Source: a virus
Taxonomy: Duplodnaviria > Caudoviricetes
Reading direction: 5' to 3' (one strand)
Virus record (IMG/VR): IMGVR_UViG_3300017766_002452
Coordinates: 1 to 45,930 of that record
DNA length: 45,930 bases
Part shown: positions 36,823 through 45,272 of the stretch, piece by piece
Numbering within the stretch: position 1 is the stretch's first letter
Layout: the number at the start of each line of letters is the position of its first letter
Translations under genes and position numbers: made by a program
Notes under the pieces: model-generated
Seen by the model: the letters and a program-made list of their open reading frames with translations, nothing else
What the model was told of the DNA's origin: nothing
Database searches by the model: none

Positions 36823-37182
36823 TCACCACAAATCCTCCGAGAACAGGGTGTCTTTGACGGTCATCGCCTCGGCGGTCACCTGCCCGGCTGCGATGGCGAC
36901 TTGAGCTGCTCGCTTTCGGTCGGCGTATGTCCCGTCAGACAGGATGAACCCGCTGTTTCGCGTCGTCTGTTCGTCCGCGATCATGCCTCGCTCTTTCAGG
37001 TGATATTCGAGGCCGCACAGGTTGTGATGGCGGGCAGGCGGCGGTGCGCTGATGATCGTCCGGACGGACCGCGTGTCGTTCAGCGACGGGACAATCTCGT
37101 AGGCCGCAGCGATCACCCGAAGGCCTACATCCGGTTTCTCCGTCGCAGGCTGGGTATGAGCCGAAGGCGAATGAACCCTCAT
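36823..37182 (-). CDS. conserved-looking phage protein ending LFSEDLW
   Basis: PARH, GF..SDG.Y.DR..A..A..AGQ and LFSEDLW motifs. Confidence 0.75.
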   Translation of the reverse strand: MRVHSPSAHTQPATEKPDVGLRVIAAAYEIVPSLNDTRSVRTIISAPPPARHHNLCGLEYHLKERGMIADEQTTRNSGFILSDGTYADRKRAAQVAIAAGQVTAEAMTVKDTLFSEDLW

Positions 37183-38045
37183 TCCTCACCCCCATCAGCA
37201 GGAGTAGGGGCGGCAGGGAGGGCGTAAAGGGCCGTTTCCGTAATCTCGAACTCGTTGATGTCCTCGTCGGAAATCGCTTGCCGCTTCATGCTCAAGCGGT
37301 GGCGTGGGCCATCTTTCCAGCGGTTCTCGGTGTAGAGCCACGCGGTCGGCTGTCGGCTCTCTCCCTGAGTGGCGGAAAGGGCTGTGAGCGCCGCTGCTGT
37401 CGCCGCCTCACGACCTTGGGGCCACGCGGCGACCATTGCCTCCCGACAGCGTCGGTAAACGTCGGCTGTCGCATAGCCTTTGCCGTCCGTCAGATGCTCG
37501 CCCTCAAAGTCATTCCATGTGTCCGCGAAGCCGCCGTTTTCTGTCTCCGCGCTCTCTCCCTGAGTGAGGGCGGCTGACAGGTTCTCCATCACCGCGTCGT
37601 CGATCTGGTCCGACAACTCATCGTCCTCGCTGGCGCGGTAGCAGGCGGTCAGAAGTGCATCCGCCGCTTTGGCCAGCCCCTCCCATTCCGCTGAGAGGCG
37701 TTCGACGTGCAAGAGGATGGACCGGATGTCGGCTGCGTGTTCAGAAGCCACGGACTGCGCCATGAAGTGGTCAACGGTCTCGCCGTCGCTGAACCAGCCA
37801 GCGATCTCGCGCAGCCGCTCCACCACGCTTGCCGCGCCCACAGGGCGCGCTGCGTGCCTCTCACAGGCCGCCTTGCAACTATCCAGAGCCGCCGCGACCA
37901 GCAAGCTGTCGCCCGATACGCTGGCGTTCCATCCTTTGTCGTCTATGCGCTCGACGACAAGATATAGGCCACTCTCCCACGCGCCGCCCGGCGTTTTGCT
38001 CCATGCGAGCGCCACGCTTGCCGGTGTTTGTTGTTCGGGGGTCAT
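37179..38045 (-). CDS. mosaic hypothetical protein
   Basis: ATGA-coupled; internal 16-bp repeat encoding TQGES twice. Confidence 0.7.
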   Translation of the reverse strand: MTPEQQTPASVALAWSKTPGGAWESGLYLVVERIDDKGWNASVSGDSLLVAAALDSCKAACERHAARPVGAASVVERLREIAGWFSDGETVDHFMAQSVASEHAADIRSILLHVERLSAEWEGLAKAADALLTACYRASEDDELSDQIDDAVMENLSAALTQGESAETENGGFADTWNDFEGEHLTDGKGYATADVYRRCREAMVAAWPQGREAATAAALTALSATQGESRQPTAWLYTENRWKDGPRHRLSMKRQAISDEDINEFEITETALYALPAAPTPADGGEE

Positions 38046-38233
38046 GCTGCTCTCCCAAGGTGATGAAACGTCTCGATGCGCTTCAGGAAGTCTCCGAAGC
38101 CCACCCCGCGTCCGTAGCCAGCCTCACGCCACGCCCGGTAGGTTGAGTACCGCGCGGCACCGGCTGACTGTGCGGTGACCTCATGGCCATCGAAACCGAC
38201 AAGCGCGATCCAGTAGCGTTTCAACGCTGTCAT
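38042..38233 (-). CDS. hypothetical protein
   Basis: GAGG SD; V.A.SAG.ARY motif. Confidence 0.65.
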   Translation of the reverse strand: MTALKRYWIALVGFDGHEVTAQSAGAARYSTYRAWREAGYGRGVGFGDFLKRIETFHHLGRAA

Positions 38234-38262
38234 CCCTCACCCCTCTCTATTGGGTTGGTTTT

Positions 38263-38296
38263 TGTTCACTGCGGCTTCGCCTCCGTACCCACCGAG
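38263..38296 (-). repeat. GGTACGGA-GCGAAGC repeat, copy B
   Basis: CTCGGTGGGTACGGAGGCGAAGCCGCAGTGAACA. Confidence 0.65.
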
Positions 38297-38319
38297 GGCC
38301 GATGTTCGTTCCGTGGTGG

Positions 38320-38472
38320 TCATGCCGGGTCTCCATATCGGCGGTTCTCAATCACGCCGCCGAGAACCGCCAAAATCGCCAGCGTCGTCGCGATGTCGTG
38401 GTGGCCGAGGAGCCCGAGGGCCAGTGCTGCACCGAAGAGCGCGCTGTGGGCCTGAATAAGATACCGCCTCAC
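38320..38472 (-). CDS. small membrane protein (50 aa)
   Basis: GTGA-coupled; MRRYLIQAHSALFGAALALGLLG... Confidence 0.5.
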   Translation of the reverse strand: MRRYLIQAHSALFGAALALGLLGHHDIATTLAILAVLGGVIENRRYGDPA

Positions 38473-39452
38473 TGTCCTGCCTCCTCATCATGTCTGGCAG
38501 CGTTGATCAGTTCCAGGATTGCGGCGGGGTTGGCGGCTGCGGAGAACGCTTGTTCGTCGGCCCCGTCAAAGCTGGCGACCCACTCGCCGTTCGCGTCGAT
38601 CAGTTCAGACGGCAGGTTGCCGTGTGGTCCACGCTCGCGCGGCTTTACCGACCACGGGGCCGGGGCTTCTGCCATCGCCGCCTTCGCCAGCCGTTCAAGG
38701 TCAGCCCATCTGTCAGCCACAGGCTCGGTGGGTACGACCGCCTCTTGCGGGCGTGAACCAAATCCTCCGGCTATGGGGGTGGCGGGAGGGGTGGCTGCAA
38801 GCATGGCGATGAGCGCATCCGAAGCGGCAATGGCGTGATCCCGCCCCTCAATGTCAGACCCGCAGGAACCCCGGCAGGTCTTCAGGTAGCCGTTGACCTC
38901 GCGGAGAAGCCGCTTCCACTCAGAGGCCCGCTCCAGCACATAGGCGCGGGGCCACGGGAGCGAGCGCAGGTCTCTGTTCTCGGCGGTAAGCCTTGATACC
39001 TCGGCCTCAGCAATCGCCAGCCGCGCTACAACACCCCCATCCGCTTGCTCGGAAGCCGAAGGCTGTAGTGCGCCCCCTCCTCCTTCGTCCCATGCAGCGC
39101 TTGCCCACGACAACTGAACGTCAGCCTTCAGGGCGCTCCAATCTCTGTCGGGGTACTGAATGTGAAACAGCCGCTCTGCCGCTTCGTAAAGCGTTTCTCG
39201 ACCCCCTCCTCCTTCTATAGCGGAGAGAGCGGCGCGGACCTTGTTCGATGCGTCTAGAGTTGCGGTGACGCGTCCGTGGTAAGCCCCCGCCTCGCGCAGC
39301 CATCCACCGGCCAGTTGAAGCTCAACGGCGGCGACAGTCAAAGCCTCCACCAACTCCCGCACTCCCCCTTCTATAGGGACAGGCGGGCTAACTTGATCGC
39401 ACGGAAGCGCGCCGCACGTCGGACAAGGCTTCAGCCCCTCTACCCCGCTCAT
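38469..39452 (-). CDS. mosaic protein (Lar-like KPCPTCG start, Ead/Ea22-like end)
   Basis: LKPCPTCG N-terminus; L.RLAKAA...PW...F.AAANPAAILELI C-terminus. Confidence 0.7.
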   Translation of the reverse strand: MSGVEGLKPCPTCGALPCDQVSPPVPIEGGVRELVEALTVAAVELQLAGGWLREAGAYHGRVTATLDASNKVRAALSAIEGGGGRETLYEAAERLFHIQYPDRDWSALKADVQLSWASAAWDEGGGGALQPSASEQADGGVVARLAIAEAEVSRLTAENRDLRSLPWPRAYVLERASEWKRLLREVNGYLKTCRGSCGSDIEGRDHAIAASDALIAMLAATPPATPIAGGFGSRPQEAVVPTEPVADRWADLERLAKAAMAEAPAPWSVKPRERGPHGNLPSELIDANGEWVASFDGADEQAFSAAANPAAILELINAARHDEEAGQ

Positions 39453-39766
39453 GCGTCACCTGTAGGGCGAAGGGCCGAAACGATCTGGTCAGGCCAAATC
39501 CACCAGACGGGGTACGCCCCCTCGGTCGTCGCGCGCTTGAAATCGCCTCCATTCCGCATCCGGTTTCCGGCCTGATCGAAACACAGGGCCGTGAAGTGCG
39601 GTCCTCGCCAGCTCTTGCTCTCGCCGTGTTCCGTGTTGTTGTAATCCGGGTGCGCGGTCAGGCATCTGGTCGCGCGATTGATCCAGTCCTGTTCGCAGCT
39701 GAACGACTGGCCTTCGATGGGGACAAAGGATGAACCCCCATCTTTCGTCTTGTCTGAGGCAGTCAT
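39449..39766 (-). CDS. hypothetical protein, paralog of 1204-1458
   Basis: WINRATRCL, ALCFDQAGNR..NGGDFKRA, AYPVWWIW. Confidence 0.8.
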   Translation of the reverse strand: MTASDKTKDGGSSFVPIEGQSFSCEQDWINRATRCLTAHPDYNNTEHGESKSWRGPHFTALCFDQAGNRMRNGGDFKRATTEGAYPVWWIWPDQIVSALRPTGDA

Positions 39767-40164
39767 TGAGATGCTTCCTTGGCGCGCAATACAGCGATGC
39801 AGAGGGCGAGGGCGGGGGTGGCCCCCTTGTGGTCAACGAACCGGCCCGAACGATCACAGCCAGCGGGCTCGCAGTCCGCGTCCCACTGGCCCTCATGCCG
39901 CCCGACGTAGATTTCGGCGTTCGGGAAAAGACGTTCCGCCAGAGCAAGAGCAGCGTCTAGGGAGGTGGTGTAGCGAGGAGCGTCCCATCCAGCGCCGTTC
40001 GGCCCCATAGTCACGCGCCCGTCCTCCCAGCACGTCAGAGGCGTAGTGTCTTTCGCCGCCCACGGCGGTCGGTTGTTGAGCGCGCGGTCGATCAGGCTGT
40101 CGCTTTGACGATCTCCCACCTCCGCAGCTTCAAGCCGCGAGATCAGGCTGTCTGAGGCAGTCAT
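39763..40164 (-). CDS. phage ABA-sandwich-like protein
   Basis: PRYTTSLDAALALAE and ATPALALCIAVLRA motifs. Confidence 0.7.
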   Translation of the reverse strand: MTASDSLISRLEAAEVGDRQSDSLIDRALNNRPPWAAKDTTPLTCWEDGRVTMGPNGAGWDAPRYTTSLDAALALAERLFPNAEIYVGRHEGQWDADCEPAGCDRSGRFVDHKGATPALALCIAVLRAKEASQ

Positions 40165-40742
40165 TGGTCGGCTCCCTTCGGCCATTTGCCGGTCTCGCGC
40201 ATCCAGCTGATCCGGCCGCGCAGCTTCGCATGGTTGATCTCAAGGCGGTCGGCCGCCTCGCGCAGGGTCAGGCCCTCCTCGCGGACCAGACGGTTGGCTT
40301 CGAGGGCCTCCCGGTCGGTCACGGCCTCGTCGGTGCCCGCTTGCCGCGCCCGCCATTTGTCGTGCAGGTGCATCGCGGTGTGGTGGGGCTTGTAGCCCAG
40401 CCGGTAGCCGATCATGGGGTAGGAGAACAGGCCAGTGGCGTACAGCTCGGCGACCAGATGGGCGCGGGCGTCGACGACGTGCGGCTTCTGGCGGGCCTTG
40501 TGCTTGCCGACCAGTGCGTCCGGGTGGATCGCGTGCCGGGCGGCCACCATAGCCGCGACCCGGTCGAAGGCCTCCTGCCGCTGCTGGGCCACCAGCAGGC
40601 GGCCCTTGCCCTCGTCGTTGACCGGCATCAGGGCGTTCCACGCGGCCGACGTCAGCTTGTTGAACAGGTCGCGGGCGCGCAGGGGATCGGCGTCGATCAC
40701 CCGGCGGCCGATGTCGGCCAGCTCGGCCTCCAGATCGCTCAT
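40161..40742 (-). CDS. DnaA C-terminal-like HTH protein with a second HTH
   Basis: VAARH.I..DAL.G...VV.AR......SYPMIG..LG...H.T.MH, then GLTLREAADRLEI. Confidence 0.7.
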   Translation of the reverse strand: MSDLEAELADIGRRVIDADPLRARDLFNKLTSAAWNALMPVNDEGKGRLLVAQQRQEAFDRVAAMVAARHAIHPDALVGKHKARQKPHVVDARAHLVAELYATGLFSYPMIGYRLGYKPHHTAMHLHDKWRARQAGTDEAVTDREALEANRLVREEGLTLREAADRLEINHAKLRGRISWMRETGKWPKGADQ

Positions 40743-40927
40743 GTGATGGGCTCCAGTTCGACGATGAACCCGTAGGTCCGGGTGTTGCGGCAGTAGAGCC
40801 ATGCGGCTCTACCCGCGAAGGCGGGCGTGCAGCCCGAGAGGAAGGCGAGGACCGGAGCCCCGCCGCAGCGCCGGATGAGCGCGCGGCAGGGCTGATCGGC
40901 GGCTGGCGGGTGGGCGAAGCGGGTCAC
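40739..40927 (-). CDS. hypothetical protein
   Basis: Coupled at both ends. Confidence 0.5.
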   Translation of the reverse strand: MTRFAHPPAADQPCRALIRRCGGAPVLAFLSGCTPAFAGRAAWLYCRNTRTYGFIVELEPIT

Positions 40928-41070
40928 GAGACACGCATCGGGGCTTGGCCACCGTAGGGGTGGAACCAGACCTCGCCTTTGAGCGTGACGTACTCGCCGG
41001 GGACCACGGTTCGGTTGCCGAAGCGGTCTTGGATCGTGCGTGTGCCGCGCGTGCAGGTCATCGAGCCCAT
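40924..41070 (-). CDS. small hypothetical protein (48 aa)
   Basis: TGATG/GTGA-coupled; MGSMTCTRGTRTIQDRFGNR... Confidence 0.5.
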   Translation of the reverse strand: MGSMTCTRGTRTIQDRFGNRTVVPGEYVTLKGEVWFHPYGGQAPMRVS

Positions 41071-41225
41071 CACAGCACCCCCGCCAGCATGACGAGGATG
41101 CCGCCGACCGTCACGACGACCCCGGTCAGCAGACCTGTGCAGACGAATAGGAGGGCCGCGATGTGGAGGAGCGGGGCCTTGCTGGGGTCGGGGACGGCGG
41201 GCCAGCTCTTGGGGTCGCGGGTCAT
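41070..41225 (-). CDS. small membrane protein (51 aa)
   Basis: MTRDPKSWP...LLHIAALLFVCTGLLTGVVVTVGGILVMLAGVL. Confidence 0.6.
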   Translation of the reverse strand: MTRDPKSWPAVPDPSKAPLLHIAALLFVCTGLLTGVVVTVGGILVMLAGVL

Positions 41226-41443
41226 GCCGCCACCTGCCCGAGATAGCCTTTAGCGTAGTCGTCGCGGTCGCGGACCACTACGACGAAACCAGCTGTCGAG
41301 CGATCCTCGTTGAACCGGCGCTTGATGTCGTACTGGAAGTCGACGCCCATGTCGTAGGCGGCGATGGCCTCGGCAGCCTCCCTGACGTCACCGTACAGGA
41401 AGCCACTGTCGGCGCGGGTCACCTTTCCGATCATGGCGGCCAT
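41222..41443 (-). CDS. hypothetical protein
   Basis: TGATG-coupled. Confidence 0.65.
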   Translation of the reverse strand: MAAMIGKVTRADSGFLYGDVREAAEAIAAYDMGVDFQYDIKRRFNEDRSTAGFVVVVRDRDDYAKGYLGQVAA

Positions 41444-41712
41444 CACGACGCCACCGTCGCTTCCCACGCGGCCTTCAGCTTGAGGTACTCGGCGCGGTCG
41501 ACCTCGCGGGCGTCGACGATCTCCGTGGTGTCGCCCGGCGCACAGTAGCGGGAGGCCTTCTCGGCCAAAGCGCGGGTCCCAGCCCAGCTGGAGCGCCAGT
41601 GGCCCTCGCCGCTGCGCTTCACAACGTGGGCGGCGGTGTAGGTGCGGCTGGCGCTGGAGCGCACGACGGTCTGGCCGTCAGAGGCGGTAGCGGCGAAGTA
41701 TTTGGTAGCCAT
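41443..41712 (-). CDS. hypothetical early protein
   Basis: First gene after module copy 2; AGGAG SD. Confidence 0.75.
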   Translation of the reverse strand: MATKYFAATASDGQTVVRSSASRTYTAAHVVKRSGEGHWRSSWAGTRALAEKASRYCAPGDTTEIVDAREVDRAEYLKLKAAWEATVAS

Positions 41713-41779
41713 CTTGTTCTCTCCTCGCCCGTCCGACCGGGCATCTGCTTCCTTTAGGGCCTCAAATCAGTCCTGTCAA
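41713..41779 (-). promoter_or_regulatory. promoter-hairpin-SD module, copy 2
   Basis: TTGACA-17-TAAAGG-8-GCCCG GTCGGA CGGGC-GAGGAG...ATG. Confidence 0.8.
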
Positions 41780-41790
41780 CACCGTTGTCA

Positions 41791-42168
41791 TCAGACCGTC
41801 GGCATCCCAACGGTGACCTTGATCGCCCGCGCCGCCTCTGCCTTGACGTCGTCTGGCAGCTCCGGGGCTTCGGCGTAGCCAGCACTTCCGCGCAGGTCTC
41901 CGATGATCGGGGACCAGCTGTGGCAAAGAAGCGCGTCCCACCAAGCTGTCCGGCGTTCCTGCGTCGCGCCGAACCCATGCCGGTGCGTTCCAAAGGCCGA
42001 CCGCTTGGACAGGGTCAGGTTCCGGTGGCGGGGGGTGGGCTTGGAGCCCTCCTCATATACCTCCAGCGTCAGGTTGATGGCCATATCTGTGAAGCGGCGG
42101 CGAAAGGTCCATCGACGGACCTGTGTCCCGTCCTCCGAGGTCCGCTCGATGACGATGTGTTCACTCAT
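41791..42168 (-). CDS. hypothetical protein
   Basis: ATGA-coupled; MSEHIVIER... Confidence 0.7.
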   Translation of the reverse strand: MSEHIVIERTSEDGTQVRRWTFRRRFTDMAINLTLEVYEEGSKPTPRHRNLTLSKRSAFGTHRHGFGATQERRTAWWDALLCHSWSPIIGDLRGSAGYAEAPELPDDVKAEAARAIKVTVGMPTV

Positions 42169-42371
42169 GATCCTTGCTCCTTCAGGATCGCGGCCCGGTC
42201 GGCCGCGATGTCGGCCATAGCCTGCGTGGCGTGCTTCATGTGCCGGTCGTAGCGGCTCTGGTCGCCAGCCATCCAGAAGGCGTTGGCCATCGTCAGGTGG
42301 CGGGCGAGGCTCTCGGCCCTGATCTGGGCGACCGGCAGGAGGCCTGCGCCGGGGAAGCGGGGATCGGCCAT
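42165..42371 (-). CDS. hypothetical protein
   Basis: TGATG-coupled; MADPRFPG... Confidence 0.65.
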   Translation of the reverse strand: MADPRFPGAGLLPVAQIRAESLARHLTMANAFWMAGDQSRYDRHMKHATQAMADIAADRAAILKEQGS

Positions 42372-43156
42372 CAGACCAGCTCCCACTTCGCGCCAAAGGC
42401 ACCAGTCTCGCCGAACTTGACTGTCCGCAGGCCAACCGTGCCGTCCTTTTTCAGGAGGCGCACCATCGGGTCGCCGGGGCTGAACCACTTTCGGCCGGGT
42501 CCGGTGTTCATGCCGTGCTTGTATGTCACGACGACGCCGAGCTGCTCGTCGAACTGCTTTTCGGAGGGGCGGGGGTTCCAGCGGCTGCCCATGTTCTTCG
42601 GCTCCCGCATGACGACCTTGCGCCCCTCCCACTCATGGACCGGCGCGGCGGCGTTCTCGGCGGCCAAGAGCGCGCGCCGAGCCTCGCCCAGCGCGCGGCT
42701 GGCGGCGTTGCGGGCTTCGGCGTGCTGCTTCTCGACGACCAGACGTGCGGCGGCGCGATCATCCTCGAAGGCACGCTCGATCCTGCGCTCCTCGATCTCG
42801 GCGGCAGTGACCGCCGAGCGGGCGGCCATGACCGACGCCCTCGACCAGCTGATGAACCGGGCGGGGTCGAACGGACCCCAGTCGGCGGCGCGGGGGCCGA
42901 CGATTTCCCCCGGCTGACCTTCGGTCTGGATGGCGACGCACTCTTGGTCCAGCGCCGCGCACAGGGCGTACAGGGCGGCGGCGGTCGGCCCCTCCTCCAG
43001 CACAGCCACCAGCGTCTGCTCAGTGTCGCTCTGGACGATGGCGTAGCTGATGGGGCGGTCGCCCGTGTGGCCGAGGATTGCGGCCAGAGCCTGATGCTCG
43101 CTGACCCGCAGGTCTCGGTCGCCGATGGCAAGTCCGATGTTGATGGTGGTGGTCAT
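42371..43156 (-). CDS. hypothetical early protein (apparent two-domain fusion)
   Basis: First gene after module copy 3; ETLVA..L.QECVA...WGPFDP.RF domain, coiled linker, second domain. Confidence 0.75.
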   Translation of the reverse strand: MTTTINIGLAIGDRDLRVSEHQALAAILGHTGDRPISYAIVQSDTEQTLVAVLEEGPTAAALYALCAALDQECVAIQTEGQPGEIVGPRAADWGPFDPARFISWSRASVMAARSAVTAAEIEERRIERAFEDDRAAARLVVEKQHAEARNAASRALGEARRALLAAENAAAPVHEWEGRKVVMREPKNMGSRWNPRPSEKQFDEQLGVVVTYKHGMNTGPGRKWFSPGDPMVRLLKKDGTVGLRTVKFGETGAFGAKWELV

Positions 43157-43223
43157 GCTGTTCTCCTCTGCCCGTCCGACCGGGCCATGCGTCCTCTCTA
43201 AGCCTGCGGTTTCTGGCTGTCAA
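43157..43223 (-). promoter_or_regulatory. promoter-hairpin-SD module, copy 3
   Basis: TTGACA-17-TAGAGA-9-GCCCG GTCGGA CGGGC-AGAGGAG...ATG. Confidence 0.8.
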
Positions 43224-43692
43224 CAGACTTTTCATCAAGCAGCTTGATGGCGTGCTGCACGGCGCGGAGCCTGACGGTGTAGCCGGGGTCGACCAGCGCC
43301 AGCAGCTGGCCCGGCGTCGGGGCGAACCGTGCCGCCGAGCGGCGGTAGGCCCGACAGGCCGCAGCCAGCACCGCTGGGGGCAGGTGGCCGACATCCTCGG
43401 CCCAGTCCTTCCAGACCTGCTTCTCGCCGCCCTCGGAGAGCTGGCGCGGCGGGTAGTGCTGGAACAGGGCCTCCAGCAGGGCAACCATGCCTCTCGGCTC
43501 GACCGGGACCATAGCCAGCTGCTCGACCGCCTCCATCTGGCGCAGCAGCGGCAAGTCTCCGACACCGATCTCACCCCTGATGATCTGGCCCTTGATCGTC
43601 GCCCTGCTCGTCAAGGAACGCCAGAGCGCCTCGGCGGCGAGCTGCGTGGTGGTCGGCTTGGCTGACGCCACGGCGGGCAGGCTGCTGGTCAT
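43198..43692 (-). CDS. helicase loader-like replication protein
   Basis: W.ED...LP...L..AC..YRR....F.PTPGQL pattern; follows the initiator. Confidence 0.65.
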   Translation of the reverse strand: MTSSLPAVASAKPTTTQLAAEALWRSLTSRATIKGQIIRGEIGVGDLPLLRQMEAVEQLAMVPVEPRGMVALLEALFQHYPPRQLSEGGEKQVWKDWAEDVGHLPPAVLAAACRAYRRSAARFAPTPGQLLALVDPGYTVRLRAVQHAIKLLDEKSVDSQKPQA

Positions 43693-44431
43693 GGTCGATC
43701 TCCGCTTCAGGGATGGGTCGGGTGTTGAGCGCGTGCCTCTCGGCGATGGCGCTGTCGAAATAGCTCCACGAGGTCAGGGGGCGACCGGCGCGCTGGGCGA
43801 GGGCGACCACCGTCGGGACCACGGCATCGGCCCAGCTGAACCCCTGCCGCTGCCATGCCGCGATCCGACCGGCCGAGGTGACCAGACCGGGCTGTCGGGA
43901 GGGGTCGAGCTTCACGGTGTGAGCCTCGGCGACGAGGATGGCCGACAGCTCCCGAGCGTCCTTCGACGGCCAGTCGCCAAGCCCCTCGCCCGTAGCAGCG
44001 GCGGCTATATTTACTCTGACATCTGATATGCTAGCCGTTTGCTGTGGCAAAACAGGTGGCAAACCAGTAGCATTTGCTAGGACCGGCTTGAGCCTTTTCA
44101 ATGCTTTAGCGCGCCCACCCTTCGCCCCGGCGGTCGCACGTTCCTCGCTTTTCTGGGCGACGGAAAGTAGCGTTATGGTCAGCTTTTCGTGCTGGACCGA
44201 CGCCTCGTCGACCTCGAAGAACTCCATCACGTCGTCAGAGATCGCCCGCCATTTCTTCACGGAGAGGCCGACGATGTGGGCCAGCTTGCGCTCGTCGTTG
44301 GGCAGCACGCCGTGAGCCCGCCAGAGAGCGCGGATCAGCCGCCAGTACGCCCCGTCCTGCTCGCAGGACAGGTGCTGGGTGTCGGCGGTCCAGTCGGCCA
44401 CCCAGACCGTCATGTAGGGCGGTGACGCCAT
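43571..44431 (-). CDS. replication initiator, DUF1376/YdaU family
   Basis: PYM..WVADW.ADT.HLS.EQ.GAY..L....W N-terminus; AGAKGG linker; YF...I C-terminus. Confidence 0.85.
   Translation of the reverse strand: MASPPYMTVWVADWTADTQHLSCEQDGAYWRLIRALWRAHGVLPNDERKLAHIVGLSVKKWRAISDDVMEFFEVDEASVQHEKLTITLLSVAQKSEERATAGAKGGRAKALKRLKPVLANATGLPPVLPQQTASISDVRVNIAAAATGEGLGDWPSKDARELSAILVAEAHTVKLDPSRQPGLVTSAGRIAAWQRQGFSWADAVVPTVVALAQRAGRPLTSWSYFDSAIAERHALNTRPIPEAEIDHDQQPARRGVSQADHHAARRRGALAFLDEQGDDQGPDHQG
44008..44110. other. putative replication origin inside the initiator gene
   Basis: AT-rich patch with 12-bp-period units gtggcaaaacag / gtggcaaaccag / tagcatttgcta. Confidence 0.55.
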
Positions 44432-44808
44432 CAGTCGCGCTTCCACATGAAGTGGCCCTCGACGATCCGCTCGAAGGCCGGGATCAGCAGGCCAGCCTCC
44501 AGCAGCCACTCCATCTTCTGGGTGTCGAAGGCCGCGCCCGAGCGGTGAGCGCAGAGCCAGCGCACGCCGATCTGGCCGCCGATGTCTTCGCGCAAGAAGA
44601 CGACGCCCTTGCGCCCGGCACGGCGGATGTCGGCGATGGCGTCCGGGTTCAGGTCGATCTCCAGCTCGGCGAGCCGGTCCTTGATCTCCTTCGGCTTGCG
44701 GCCGGGCAGGCGCTCGCGCGTCTCGGTCATGTTCAGACCGATCATGGCGAAGTTGCGGAGCGACGACGTTTCGCCGACGGACCACATGGGCACGTTTCGC
44801 TTTGCCAT
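44431..44808 (-). CDS. Myb/SANT-like HTH protein
   Basis: WSVGE...L......RLPGR....I..RL..L; GGAG SD. Confidence 0.6.
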   Translation of the reverse strand: MAKRNVPMWSVGETSSLRNFAMIGLNMTETRERLPGRKPKEIKDRLAELEIDLNPDAIADIRRAGRKGVVFLREDIGGQIGVRWLCAHRSGAAFDTQKMEWLLEAGLLIPAFERIVEGHFMWKRD

Positions 44809-44819
44809 TTTCTCTCTCC

Positions 44820-45272
44820 CTATGGCTTGCACCGGAGCGCAAAGCCCCAGTCCGACAGTGTTTCGTACAGATGGTCGAGCGTCTTGCCGCTCGCGCCGCG
44901 CCCAGCTTTCGACAGCACTTCCAACAGCACTCGCTGCTCTGCCGTGAGTGATCCGCCGGGGGCCTTGACCTCATAGTGGTAGGTCTGGCCTGCGGCCGGG
45001 CCGGTGAGCCGGACGAAGACCAGATCGAACAGGCCTTTGCGGAGCCCGAGCGCCGAGGCCTCGCTGATCTGCTTCTTGGTCAGGCGCACGCCGTTGAGCG
45101 TCGCCGACCACCAGACTTGCGATGGGATCAGGGCGAGGTCGAGGTACTCGACCATCGTCTTCTGGATCGGGGCCTCACGCTGAACGACGCGACGCTTCGG
45201 CTTGGGGGCCAGAGGCCTGCCCAGTGCGTCGCGCTTCACGATCAGGTGCTTCTCGGAAGGGGGCCAGCCCAT
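44820..45272 (-). CDS. VRR-NUC-family nuclease
   Basis: E..IQ, GL.KGL.DL.F and EVKAPGGSLT.EQ motifs. Confidence 0.8.
   Translation of the reverse strand: MGWPPSEKHLIVKRDALGRPLAPKPKRRVVQREAPIQKTMVEYLDLALIPSQVWWSATLNGVRLTKKQISEASALGLRKGLFDLVFVRLTGPAAGQTYHYEVKAPGGSLTAEQRVLLEVLSKAGRGASGKTLDHLYETLSDWGFALRCKP

Noticed and set aside
38237-38323. 28-aa ORF MTTTERTSALGGYGG... spanning repeat copy B
   Set aside because: It has an SD and ATGA coupling but is too short to support; may be a gene remnant.
38284-38736. 13-bp inverted repeat CTCGGTGGGTACG as an invertible segment
   Set aside because: No invertase is encoded, and the second copy encodes the common VPTEP motif; probably chance.
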